From the NCBI RefSeq assembly GCF_001194135.2, contig NC_068984.1:124448735-124487439 (forward strand): 38,705 bases of DNA. The letters are read 5' to 3'. Made by a program: the position numbers and the translations under genes. This DNA comes from Octopus bimaculoides. Its lineage: Eukaryota. Shown here piece after piece: positions 1 through 11,512 of this stretch. Under the pieces are notes generated by a model. It was given only the letters and a program-made list of their open reading frames with translations, was not told where the DNA came from and did not search any database. Within the stretch, counting starts at the first letter, position 1; each line of letters begins with the position of its first letter.

Positions 1-98
1 TTGGCACATTTTTCTAATCCGAATTTCATATCTATTTCCTTGGTAAAGCCGTGTACTGTCTGTAGTAGTGTTTCTAACTCTTTGTCGTTTTTAGCATA
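1..98 (-). mobile_element. R4/Dong-like non-LTR retrotransposon, reverse transcriptase fragment; 5'-truncated and continuing beyond the window's left edge
   Basis: Minus strand 98->3 translates without stops as YAKNDKELETLLQTVHGFTKEIDMKFGLEKCA, the segment just after YMDD in RLE-type LINE RTs. Its 5' junction abuts an (ATT)n tract. Confidence 0.8.
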
Positions 99-108
99 TT
101 TATTATTA

Positions 109-177
<69 letters not shown>

Positions 178-179
<2 letters not shown>

Positions 180-285
180 GGTGGCGAGCTGGCAGAATCG
201 TTAGCACGCCGGGCGAAATGTTCAGCGGTATTTCGTCTGCCGCTACGTTCTGAGTTCAAATTCCCTTTCATCCTTTAGAGTTGGA
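178..285 (+). mobile_element. tRNA-derived SINE, family A (5' part)
   Basis: Starts AAGGTGGCGAGCTGGCAGAATCGTTAGCACGCCGGGCGAAATG (A-box-like), has B-box-like GAGTTCAAATTCC, then CTTTCATCCTTT. The same sequence recurs more than 10 times in the window. Confidence 0.85.
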
Positions 286-424
286 GCCAGTCAATTACGT
301 CAACCCCGGTATTTGATGAATGGTAGATTACTTACATCGATCCCAAAAAGATGAAAGAATTCGAACTGAGAAAGTAAAGACGGCAGAAATGCCACTAACG
401 GTTCCTCCAGCTCTCCGCCTTATA
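286..424 (-). mobile_element. SINE family A, degenerate, tail-to-tail with 178-285
   Basis: Reverse complement reads AAGGCGGAGAGCTGGAGGAACCGTTAG...CAGTTCGAATTCTTTCATC...GGGGTTGACGTAATTGACTGG. Confidence 0.7.
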
Positions 425-448
425 TATATAACAATATAATACAGCAAT

Positions 449-948
449 CATGTAATTCGCCATAGCTCCATATTGCTTACGTGTTCGGACCATCTGATTT
501 TAAGTATACTACGCAAGCACCTGTTGAATGATTGTATTTGCTTATTTGACTTAACTGTTGTTCGCTATGTCTCAGCTCCATACAATAACACCGCTTTTAC
601 GTTAGTGTTAACAATTCTTATTTTGTTCTTTATTGAAATTACACTTGCGCTCCGATTAGGGAGCAAATATTTAAGAAAAAGTGGAAATGGATTGGTAGCA
701 CAATTAGAAAGGACATACCAAATGCAGCGAAAAGTGCTTTACAGTGGGATCTGGATGGATATAGAAAGAGGGGGTAGGCCTAAGAACTCGTGGTTGTAGA
801 TCAACACAAAAGGAACTAGAGAAAGAGGGACATTCATGGCAGAGTATAAGTACAGAAGCGAAAAATTATGCGACATGGAATTCAATTATAAGTGGCCTAT
901 ACTCCGCGTTGGAGGGTTAAAAGCAAGAAAGAAAGAAGCCATGTAATT
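449..948 (+). mobile_element. RTE-clade LINE 3' fragment with inverted 5' segment (458-651 minus, 652-939 plus) and TSD CATGTAATT
   Basis: Minus: ISIKNKIRIVNTNVKAVLLYGAET*RTT...CLRSILKIRWSEHVSNMELWRIT. Plus: PIREQIFKKKWKWIGSTIRK...ALQWDLDGYRKRG/GRPKNSW/...SGLYSALEG*, then an AAGCAAGAAAGAAAGAAG tail. CATGTAATT is at 449-457 and 940-948. Confidence 0.85.
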
Positions 949-1199
949 ATTTAACAGTATTTGGTCAGTTTTGAGGTTCTCAGACTGAGTCTGTCTTTAG
1001 TAAAGTTCCATCCAATAATTAAGCTTTCGATACAAAGTATGAATTCATTTCCCATTATGTTCCAATAAAAAGATATGCAGTGGTCATATAAATCTTTGTA
1101 ATTCTTCTGACTCAAGTAAGGCATCTAAATGTGGTCGCTCTTCCTACTAGAAATAGCAGTTATATTTCCTTCAACTCATACCACACCATATATACGTAA

Positions 1200-1410
1200 T
1201 TGGTTCTGACTTAGTCACAAAGCTAGCAGTTTTAATGAGACGGGTGTTAGTCAATTTCACCTGACCTCTCCTGCCACCCAGAATTCCATTGGCTCTTTCT
1301 TTTATCAGCCCTGCAAAAGGTTAAAGGTAATGTTGAAATTTGTGAGATATATCGCACGGCATTTTTTCCAACGTTCTGAGGATTCTGCCATGTTGCAGTC
1401 TTTCCCATGC
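1200..1410 (-). mobile_element. Highly degenerate SINE family A copy
   Basis: Partial reverse-complement matches to the family A head (GGCAGAATC) and 3' end (GCTAGCTTTGTG). Confidence 0.45.
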
Positions 1411-1441
1411 CATATATATAATGACATTTTATAATGTAGCG

Positions 1442-1657
1442 AGGCGATAAGCTGGCAGAATCATTAACACATCGGACAAAATGCCTCGCAACATTTATTT
1501 TAGCTTTATGTTCGGAGTTTAGATTCTGTCGAAATAGCCAATACCTTTAATTCTTTAGAGGGGTCGATAAAATAAGTACCAGTTGAACACTGGGTTCGAT
1601 GTAATCGACGCATCCCCACCTCCGAAAATGGCTGCCCTTGTGACAAAATTTGAAACC
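1442..1657 (+). mobile_element. SINE family A, full length, followed by (ATT)n tail 1658-1729
   Basis: Head GGCGATAAGCTGGCAGAATC, core GGGTCGATAAAATAAGTACCAG, end CTTGTGACAAAATTTGAAACC. Confidence 0.85.
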
Positions 1658-1670
1658 ATTATTATTATTA

Positions 1671-1729
<59 letters not shown>

Positions 1730-1731
<2 letters not shown>

Positions 1732-1945
1732 GGCGGCGAACCAGCAAAATTGTTAGCACGCCGGGCAAGATGCTTAGCGGTATTTCGTCCGTCTTTACGT
1801 TCTGAGTTTAAATTCCGCCGAAGTCGACTTTGCCTTACACCTTTTCGGAGCCGATAAGATAAGTACCAGTGGAACACTGGGGTCGATGCAATCGATGCAC
1901 CCTCACTCCACAAAAATGGCTGCCCTTGTGGCAAAATTTGAAACC
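1730..1945 (+). mobile_element. SINE family A, full length, followed by (ATT)n
   Basis: AAGGCGGCGAACCAGCAAAATTGTTAGCACGCCGGGC...GAGTTTAAATTCCGCCGAAGTCGACTTTGCC...GCAAAATTTGAAACC. Confidence 0.9.
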
Positions 1946-1946
1946 T

Positions 1947-2146
1947 TTATTATTATTATTATTATTGTTCAGTAGTTTTATTTTTATAACGTGCTTTCAC
2001 TTCACTACCGAGCGCAGCTCTGTGTGCCTTGGGTATGTGCTGTGGTTTGCTGTGATGCTTTTATGGTTACTGTATTGAAAGTGTTTTGCGTAGGATGTGT
2101 GCAGTGCCCAGTAGTGCAATTTTCTGTATGTTATATATATTTGTAA

Positions 2147-2147
<1 letters not shown>
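1947..2147 (-). mobile_element. R4/Dong-like LINE 3' end (last 26 codons, 3'UTR and (TAA)n tail), embedded in (TAA)n
   Basis: 2147->2067 reads LTNIYNIQKIALLGTAHILRKTLSIQ*, a typical RLE-LINE C-terminus. It is flanked on both sides by (TAA)n. Confidence 0.85.
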
Positions 2148-2210
<63 letters not shown>

Positions 2211-2211
<1 letters not shown>

Positions 2212-2424
2212 GGCGGCGAACCGGCAAAATCGTTAGTACGCCGAGTAAAATGCTTGGCGGTATTTCGTCCGTTTTTAAGTTCTGAGTTTAAATTCCGGCG
2301 AAGACGACTTTGCTTTACACCCTTTCAGGGTTGATAAGATAAGTACCAGTGGAACACTAGGATCGATCTAATCGATGCATCCTCTCTCCACAAAAGTGGC
2401 TGGCCTTGTGGCAAAATTTGAAAC

Positions 2425-2425
<1 letters not shown>
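2211..2425 (+). mobile_element. SINE family A, full length, followed by (ATT)n 2426-2476
   Basis: Same head, core and end as 1730-1945, with shared variant positions. Confidence 0.9.
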
Positions 2426-2476
<51 letters not shown>

Positions 2477-3039
2477 GCTGTTTCTGTTGGTTTTTGTTTT
2501 TCTGTTTTGTTTAAATCGTCCTCCCGTTCTCTCATCGTTGGTGGCGTTTTGATGGATGGAAAGGTTCGGTAAAGAGAATATATTTAAAAAGTAAACCATA
2601 ACAAAACAAAACAAAACAAAACAAACGTAGCCTAGCGTTGGAGAAAAGTAAATGTTATATAAGAAACTTAAAGTGACAACATGGGTCTTAATTGATTGAC
2701 ACGAAGAATCAACAGGTGGCTTGTCTGAGAGACCAGGAGACACCGAATAACTGGTTTGCAGATCAGTGAAAACTGTTGAGGTTATTATTTACATACTGAT
2801 GGCAAAAGAATCATCGGAGATCAGACAGTTGTAGATTATATATGTTTATTTTATTACCAATAATATTAGAAGCAACATAATTAAATACTAACCCATTCAA
2901 AGACACACAGAGAGTTTATTTAATTGCTTAAACAAATATACTGTCGTATTTATATGCACACCCATGATGCCTTGCGTAATTGCATACGTCAACACATGCT
3001 TAATTACACATTGACACGTACGCACATATGCATGCACAG

Positions 3040-3051
3040 ATTATCTATCTG

Positions 3052-3102
<51 letters not shown>

Positions 3103-3144
3103 GTCTGTCTATCTATCTATCTATAGATCATACATACATGCATA

Positions 3145-3193
<49 letters not shown>

Positions 3194-3216
3194 CTCTCTC
3201 TCTCTCTCTCTCTATA
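3040..3216. repeat. (TATC)n/(TC)n compound microsatellite adjoining an N-gap
   Basis: Seen directly. Confidence 0.95.
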
Positions 3217-3993
3217 NNNNNNNNNNNNNNNNNNNNNNNNNNNNNNNNNNNNNNNNNNNNNNNNNNNNNNNNNNNNNNNNNNNNNNNNNNNNNNNNNNNN
3301 NNNNNNNNNNNNNNNNNNNNNNNNNNNNNNNNNNNNNNNNNNNNNNNNNNNNNNNNNNNNNNNNNNNNNNNNNNNNNNNNNNNNNNNNNNNNNNNNNNNN
3401 NNNNNNNNNNNNNNNNNNNNNNNNNNNNNNNNNNNNNNNNNNNNNNNNNNNNNNNNNNNNNNNNNNNNNNNNNNNNNNNNNNNNNNNNNNNNNNNNNNNN
3501 NNNNNNNNNNNNNNNNNNNNNNNNNNNNNNNNNNNNNNNNNNNNNNNNNNNNNNNNNNNNNNNNNNNNNNNNNNNNNNNNNNNNNNNNNNNNNNNNNNNN
3601 NNNNNNNNNNNNNNNNNNNNNNNNNNNNNNNNNNNNNNNNNNNNNNNNNNNNNNNNNNNNNNNNNNNNNNNNNNNNNNNNNNNNNNNNNNNNNNNNNNNN
3701 NNNNNNNNNNNNNNNNNNNNNNNNNNNNNNNNNNNNNNNNNNNNNNNNNNNNNNNNNNNNNNNNNNNNNNNNNNNNNNNNNNNNNNNNNNNNNNNNNNNN
3801 NNNNNNNNNNNNNNNNNNNNNNNNNNNNNNNNNNNNNNNNNNNNNNNNNNNNNNNNNNNNNNNNNNNNNNNNNNNNNNNNNNNNNNNNNNNNNNNNNNNN
3901 NNNNNNNNNNNNNNNNNNNNNNNNNNNNNNNNNNNNNNNNNNNNNNNNNNNNNNNNNNNNNNNNNNNNNNNNNNNNNNNNNNNNNNNNNNNNN

Positions 3994-5173
3994 TTCTCCA
4001 GATCTTGGTCAGAGGGACTGCAAGTTGGTGTCTACATTCCATCAGGAAAATAGCGAGGAAAATATCAGGGCCTACAGCAGAATAGTATTTGACCTCATTT
4101 ATTGCTGCTATGATGTCTGAGGCAGTGAAGGTTATGCCCGAGATTTTATGTTGGGAATCAACTTCGTTCGCTTCTCTTACGTCAATATCAGTGGGATCAC
4201 TAAAGACAGAGCAGTATTGTTTCTGCAGTATTTCTGCCATTTCTTTAGCATCGTGTTGGGGAATGCCGTTATCATCGATCAATGGTCCAATAGGTGAGAC
4301 AGCGGTTCTATGCTAATTTGCAAAAGAATGGAACACTTTTGGGTTCTATTTGATTTTTTTTTTATATTACCCACTGTTCCTCTGCAGCTCTGATTTGCAA
4401 TGGAGGTTTTCATGTCGGTCTGCAGATGAAGTTTTTCCAACTCCAGCCTTTTCATTGTTGTTGAATGTGGATGTTGTATGTGGGAGTATTTTAATTGGTT
4501 GATTTTTTTTTATTGAGTCTGTTGTTGCGCCTGATGAGTGTTCTGTTCTTCCTAGGGAGCCGGTTTCTGTTTGTGTAAGTGGATTTCGTTGGAGCGTGTT
4601 CTGAGCATGTATAGGTGACAATTTTCTCAAAGTGCTGCCATGCAGTCTCAATGTGAGTGGAACTGAGAGTGAAGGACCAGTCGATGAAGGACAGATCCTT
4701 TCTGATTGCTCCCCAGTCCACTGTGTGGAAGTTTATATTGTCAAATAGGTGCAGTTGAGTGGGATTAGCTGGTTTGGTTTTGATATGCCGGGAATTAAAT
4801 TTGCAGAGTATCATGTCGTGGTCTGAGAGGAGAGTTTTTTCAACTGAAATACTGTGAACGAAGCTAGAGTGGTTGGTTGATATTAGATCTAAGATCGTTT
4901 TATTATCTTGTTGGTTCGAGCACTAACTGAGTCAGGAAAAATTTATCCATTAGATTAAAGAGTAATTCTGCTGCTGCCTAACTACAGAGTATTTGTGGGC
5001 CAGTTTCTATGAGGGAAGTTAAAATCACCCATCACTAGTATGCTTCCGGAGTTGTATTTTTGAAGGAAGGACTTGATTTTGTTGAGGCACTCTTCAAAGC
5101 ACTTTAGCGGTGCTTGGGGAGGTCGGTAAAGACCAGCAATGATTATGTCTCCGTGATGTTGTTTTGCATGTAT
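3994..5173 (-). mobile_element. CR1-group LINE ORF2 remnant (APE endonuclease through start of RT), with stops and frameshifts
   Basis: Minus translations include IIIAGLYRPPQAP...LVMGDFNFP (APE motifs), NFHTVDWGAIRKDLSFIDW, SPIGPLIDDNG, QKQYCSVFSDP and SAVGPDIFLAIFLMECRHQLAVPLTKIW. It is cut by the N-gap at 3993. Confidence 0.85.
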
Positions 5174-5198
5174 AATAAAATAAACATATACAAATTAA

Positions 5199-5239
<41 letters not shown>

Positions 5240-5243
<4 letters not shown>

Positions 5244-5326
5244 GTACTGTTTCTGCTTCGCGGATTTTCACCTATCGCGGGTTTTTTTTGGAAAGTAACA
5301 CCCGCGATAGTCGAGGGATTACTGTA
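5240..5326 (-). mobile_element. Tigger/pogo-like terminal fragment or mini-MITE
   Basis: The minus strand starts TA-CAGTAATCCCTCGACTATCGCGGG, like Tigger-type ends (recalled). There is an internal perfect 10-bp inverted repeat CTATCGCGGG (5272-5281)/CCCGCGATAG (5301-5310), and both ends read TACAGTA/TACTGTA. Confidence 0.55.
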
Positions 5327-5985
5327 TATATATATTTCTACCCATTATTTTCTCAGTCTCTCTCTGTCTCATCCTTTCTTTTTCTTTCTTTTTTTTTGTT
5401 CTCTTTCACCATCTTCACTCTAACGCTCTTTTTCTCTCTCACTTCGCTCTCCTCTCCCTCACTCATCCCAAAGCACACTGCATCTCCGTCTTCAACACCT
5501 CTCTCTCTCTCTCTCTCACTCTCCCTCTTACCTACTCTTCTCTATTTCAAGACCACACTCCCGTCGGTGTCTTCCCTTTAACAAGCTCTTACTAAAATAT
5601 TAGTGCAGCAGAGTTACTTGTTCCTCTAATTATTTGTTGATCTATCAATAAACCATCGCACCTCTGTTCATTTTTCCATATTGCAGTGTTTATTTTTACC
5701 CATTCCTTCTTTTCTTTCTCCCTTTCTGTTTTCTTTCTTTCTTTTTTTCTTTCACTTTCTCATTTAATTATTCTGTTTATATTTTTGTGTTTTTGCTCCT
5801 TTCTTGCAGAAAATCGCATTTAAACCAAGAAAATGAAAATAATATACAGCAAATACAGTATGCGTGTGTATGTATGCGCGATCGCATGAGTGTACACATA
5901 CATACATACATACATACATACATACATACGTGTTTGTGCGTGTATGTCTGCAGATGTATATCTATCTCTATATGTACATATATAT

Positions 5986-6023
<38 letters not shown>

Positions 6024-6122
6024 GCATGTCTCTCTCTCTCTGTCTCTTCTTCTCTCTCTATCTCTTTCTCTCTCTCTCTCTATATATATAATCATATATA
6101 TATATATACATACGTACATACG

Positions 6123-6153
<31 letters not shown>

Positions 6154-6678
6154 GTGTGTGTGTGTGTTTGCGCGCATTGATATGTGTTTATGTGCATTTA
6201 TTTATATTCATATGTATATGTAAGCACATACACCCATGTGTACATNNNNNNNNNNNNNNNNNNNNNNNNNNNNNNNNNNNNNNNNNNNNNNNNNNNNNNN
6301 NNNNNNNNNNNNNNNNNNNNNNNNNNNNNNNNNNNNNNNNNNNNNNNNNNNNNNNNNNNNNNNNNNNNNNNNNNNNNNNNNNNNNNNNNNNNNNNNNNNN
6401 NNNNNNNNNNNNNNNNNNNNNNNNNNNNNNNNNNNNNNNNNNNNNNNNNNNNNNNNNNNNNNNNNNNNNNNNNNNNNNNNNNNNNNNNNNNNNNNNNNNN
6501 NNNNNNNNNNNNNNNNNNNNNNNNNNNNNNNNNNNNNNNNNNNNNNNNNNNNNNNNNNNNNNNNNNNNNNNNNNNNNNNNNNNNNNNNNNNNNNNNNNNN
6601 NNNNNNNNNNNNNNNNNNNNNNNNNNNNNNNNNNNNNNNNNNNNNNNNNNNNNNNNNNNNNNNNNNNNNNNNNNNNNN

Positions 6679-6721
<43 letters not shown>

Positions 6722-7129
6722 TACACATACCAGATGAAGAAAGACAGTATATATATGAAAATATCACCAACAAATGAAGCAAAGCATAAACCAGAAGTCA
6801 CAAAATCCGAAATGAAATGAAATGAATAAATAGAAGACACAGACGAAGAAAGCATGAGAAACTGAGGCTTGGCTCTATTTGAATTACAGAGGATTCCTTA
6901 TTTGAGGTTCTCTTTATTCTCGTGTGTCACGCAAACCTAGCAAATACAAAGGAATAGAAGTAGGGCCAAGAGTCCTAGTTTCTTTGAGGGACACAAAAAA
7001 AACAGCTTGATTAATTGGATATTCAACCAAAGTAAATCTCTAAAATCGTTGTTTAGACAAGACACGGGGCCATTTTGGAAGTAGAGCGAGAGAAGGAGAA
7101 TAAGTGGATTGTGTGTGTCTATATACTTA

Positions 7130-7191
<62 letters not shown>

Positions 7192-7879
7192 NNNNNNNNN
7201 NNNNNNNNNNNNNNNNNNNNNNNNNNNNNNNNNNNNNNNNNNNNNNNNNNNNNNNNNNNNNNNNNNNNNNNNNNNNNNNNNNNNNNNNNNNNNNNNNNNN
7301 NNNNNNNNNNNNNNNNNNNNNNNNNNNNNNNNNNNNNNNNNNNNNNNNNNNNNNNNNNNNNNNNNNNNNNNNNNNNNNNNNNNNNNNNNNNNNNNNNNNN
7401 NNNNNNNNNNNNNNNNNNNNNNNNNNNNNNNNNNNNNNNNNNNNNNNNNNNNNNNNNNNNNNNNNNNNNNNNNNNNNNNNNNNNNNNNNNNNTGTGTGTG
7501 TGTGCGTGCGAGAGAGAGAGAGAGAAAGAGAGCGAGAGAGAGAGAGAGAAAGAGAGCGAGAGAGAAGCAGAGAAGTTAATGCTTTATTAAAGCATCAACA
7601 TCGTCGTAATCGTCTTAAAAACAACTACCACAACAACAACGACAACAACAACAATAATAATAATAATGATAATGATGATGATGATTTCTTTTATTGGCCA
7701 CAAGGGCCCAAGACATGGAGGACAATATCGAAACACGAGTTAAAGCACATACAAAAAAACACAACAAAACAAGAATTACAAAAAAATAAGAAAAAAGATG
7801 TGGAGTGAATATCGACCAAGGAGAGATACTAGAACATTAAAGGATGTAACAGAATGTATATGATAGAAAGTAGTGAACA

Positions 7880-7957
7880 CCTGCGGCAAGTGTCTAGCCT
7901 CGGGCAGACCAGAACCTGTGAGTGGATTTGGTAGACGGAAACTGAAAGATGCCCGTC

Positions 7958-8005
<48 letters not shown>

Positions 8006-8069
8006 CTGTCCCACCAACATCGATTGACAGCCGATGCTGGTGTGTTTACGTCCCCGTGGCTTAGTGGTT
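7880..8069 (+). mobile_element. SINE family B (CORE-like), internal and 3' part, with an internal (TA)n
   Basis: GCAAGTGTCTAGCCTCGGG...GTGAGTGGATTTGGTAGACGGAAACTGAAAGATGCCCGTCG-(TA)n-...GCTGGTGTGTTTACGTCCCCG matches the copy at 36784. Confidence 0.75.
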
Positions 8070-8370
8070 AGGGTTTCGTTTCAAGATCGCATGGTCGTGT
8101 GTTCAAATCCCCGCAGCAAATTGTGTCCTTGAACAAGGCACTTTATTTCGCGTTGCTCCAATTTACACAGCTGGCAAAAATGTGCTGTACTTGTATTTCA
8201 AAGAGCTAGCCTTGTCACATTCTGTGTCACGCTGAATCTCCCTGAGAACTTACATTAAGAGTAGGCGTGTCCGTGGAGTGCTCAGCCACTTGCACGTTAA
8301 TTTCACGAGAAGGCTCTTCCGTCGATCAGATCAACAGAATCAAGGAACACTCGTCGTCATAACCGACGGC
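8056..8370 (+). mobile_element. tRNA-derived SINE family C
   Basis: A-box GTGGCTTAGTGGTTAG, B-box GTTCAAATCCC, core GTGTCCTTGAACAAGGCACTTTATTTC...CAGCTGGCAAAAATG shared with 37835-38074. Confidence 0.75.
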
Positions 8371-8467
8371 CAAAAGGGAAAAGTGTTGCTAAAGATTTTG
8401 GACCCTACTCTTCACTATGTAGACATCTAAAACAGAAGAAAATTGAAGGCGAATAAGGAGTAAAGTC

Positions 8468-8498
<31 letters not shown>

Positions 8499-9510
8499 CA
8501 TACATACACGCATACATACATGCATAAATGCATGCATGCATACATATATACATACATACATACATGCATACATATATGCACTACAAACCAGCTCCTTCAA
8601 AAGTTGAAATTAAATAATTAAAAACAGGATATATAACATATGCATAGCATATACATAACGTGTACACACACACGCACACTTATGTACATATATATACATA
8701 CATACATATATATATATAAACACATACACACAAACCCGCATATACATATATCTGCGTGTATGTATGTTTATATATATATAAATATAAATATATGTATACA
8801 CGTACACACAGTATATATATATATATGTATATATGACGTAATAGCATGTATATAGCATACACTGTATATGGGGTGTCCCGAGTGGTTACACCAAGTACAC
8901 TCTGAACAATCTGCCCGTCGAATTTAAGAGATATAAACGTCTTTTTACTGGATAAGTTTAATAATTTAGTTATCTTCTCATGTCCCACGAGAATCGTAGA
9001 CAGTTCAGCAGCTACTTAACCACCATCAGTTACATAACCCCAATTAGCGGTTAACATACTCGGGTAACACTTTGAAAGTTTATGTATATCTGTGTCTGAG
9101 AGCAACATCACAATGCTTATGCTAATTAGCTATAACATAAACAGTTAAAATTCAAACAATCTAGACCTACTAGACGGTAGAGAAATCCAACTAGTATAAA
9201 TAATGTGTTTAATGAAGTAGTCTAAATTGGGTGATATGCTGGGTTAACTGTTAAACAGACACTTTACTACTCCCATAGACATTCTCAGTAATTAAGACAT
9301 TCAATGTTATTCTTCTTTTTACATTGTTGTTATAATATATTTATAGAAATTCTGTTTGTTGGTTAATAATGTCAGTTATTGTTTGTTCATAATAATTATT
9401 GTTATCATTCGCCCCCAAGACTTCATGCCTTGTAAACCAATTCGTCATAATGAAGATGATGACACTACTACTACCACTACTACTACTACTACTACTACTA
9501 NNNNNNNNNN

Positions 9511-9552
<42 letters not shown>

Positions 9553-11438
9553 AAAACAACGTCATACATACAGCGAAATATAACAGCGCCTATTATAATC
9601 CTATTATATTCATTGTGGTAAATCTCATGACAAAATCCTTGGAGGAGATTTTACGCTAGCAAAATGCAAATTTAATGAGCAGGCAGTAGACATGGAATAT
9701 CTTTCTACAAACTTCCACAATAACAAAACCAAGAACAGCAACTGAACCTGATTTAATCCGTTATTCATCGTGAATGTTGCTAGAATTGTTGTTAGAAATT
9801 AATAATTATTTTCAGTACAGACACTTACATGCAAATGTAATTTTTGCAGCTGTAATGAGTACAATTCCAGCAAAGACTTCCTGTACAGAACTACTTCACA
9901 TATCACACTTACACACTGACAAAGAAAGCTTACGCATATCCGTCAATTCAACAGACAATTTATAACTTTAGAAAACTGTTAACGTCTCTCAGTGAAAGAA
10001 TTAACAATCATATTGGCAGTATCTACACTCAGTGAGGTAGAGGAGGAGGAAAACAACTTTATTTTCATAATTTGTACCTGAAGTATCCTGGACAAAATCT
10101 TCCTATATGTCAACATATCCGGAAATTTGAGGGCATGCGAAATAGAATTTTAATTTATTTCAAAGCTACCAAAAATGATACTTAACAGGGAATAAGAGAT
10201 TTTACCTGATTTTCTGCAAAGGAGCTACTTCGCATGGACAGTATCTATATGTTCGAAAACATACAATATGAGGTGATATTATAGATGCCATGTAGTAGTT
10301 GTCACTTGACAGCACGTCTGGTGTACATACTTTCCTTTAGAGCATAGCTGTTCTGATTTTATCAATAATATCTCCACTTTGCAACTCACCACTTTTGAGC
10401 AATGAATTCTTCCTGAACTGTTCTCAACGAATTCACTAATTCATAGAATGATTATAATCTGAACGAACGTACAAGGTTCAACTACATTGTCGAGTAAATT
10501 TGAACAGCAACAGTAAGAAACGGAAAAGAAAAATCAATGAGAAGCTGTGAATTGCACTTGACACTACAAGAGCAATCACTAGAGGAGGTGACTCCCTAAG
10601 ATATTTTCTATTTACATCTGAAGTCGTTTCCATTAAATTATTGTACATAAAACAATATCTATTTTAATGATACCCGCATAATCTCATGTTAAATTGTAAT
10701 ATTTTTGTCTTCCTTTTATTACACCAAAAATCAATATTTCTTCACCGAGAGTTTCTATATTCTAATTCATTATTCCTGAACCCTTACTTCAAAATTAATG
10801 GAAGATTATTTCTTCTAATTAAGTAGAGATAATAGTGCCACTACTGATAACTGCCAGTATGTAGTAATAATAAACCTTACTTGTCACTGCTTTCAATGCC
10901 AAGTGGCTATACAGCTGGTTTGAATATAAGGCCTTTCCTAATGGCTCTAGAATACAATTAGCTTATTGACTAATGCTATCGGCTTCCGGCATGAAACCAA
11001 AGGTATGATAATATGGTTAATTGAGTTAATAATCACCTGATTTATATTACTCTGAAGTAAAACAGCATGTAATATTTAAAATGGAAAGCATGAATATAGA
11101 AACACAGTATTCATGCTTAATGTTTTATGTTTTAATATCAATATCAACGGTTTGTAAAAAGTACCTCATCTAGTTAAAAGTGAACATTCAGACAATACAT
11201 ATGGTAAAAAAAAAAACGATCGATACCAATAAAGCAATCACAGATTGCTGCAAGTATAGAATTACTGACGGCATTATTCTAGGCTCTAATCATAGAGGAG
11301 TAACAAAACGTTCTTTTTCAGTAATATCGAAAAGAAGTAACTGGTTTCTTCGACGTTATGTGTAAAATGGCATAAAGCTATGCAATGATTCTGTTTGTCA
11401 GAACGTGTGTTTAGAGATAATCATAGGTTCCTAACATC

Positions 11439-11512
<74 letters not shown>

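Noticed and set aside
5810-5857. Plus-strand 48-nt exon candidate (RKSHLNQENENNIQQIQ) and DEERQYIYENITNK at 6731
   Set aside because: The acceptor comes from a long CT-rich low-complexity tract, the two pieces are phase-incompatible, and no other plus-strand exons support them.
6730-6860. Hydrophobic minus-strand frame FLMLSSS...FIYILSFFIW ending at GTATGT
   Set aside because: Base composition explains the hydrophobicity, the acceptor is weak and no family is recognisable.
8866-9075. Possible mariner-type TIR (TATATGGGGTGTCCCGAGT) with a partial partner ACTCGGG
   Set aside because: Only about 7 bp match, which is insufficient to call an element.
9560-9659. Plus-strand AKYNSAYYNPIIF, resembling the opsin/GPCR TM7 motif AKxSAxYNPIIY
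   Set aside because: The spacing is off by one, the frame comes out of an (ACT)n repeat, and no other helices or supporting splice sites are present.
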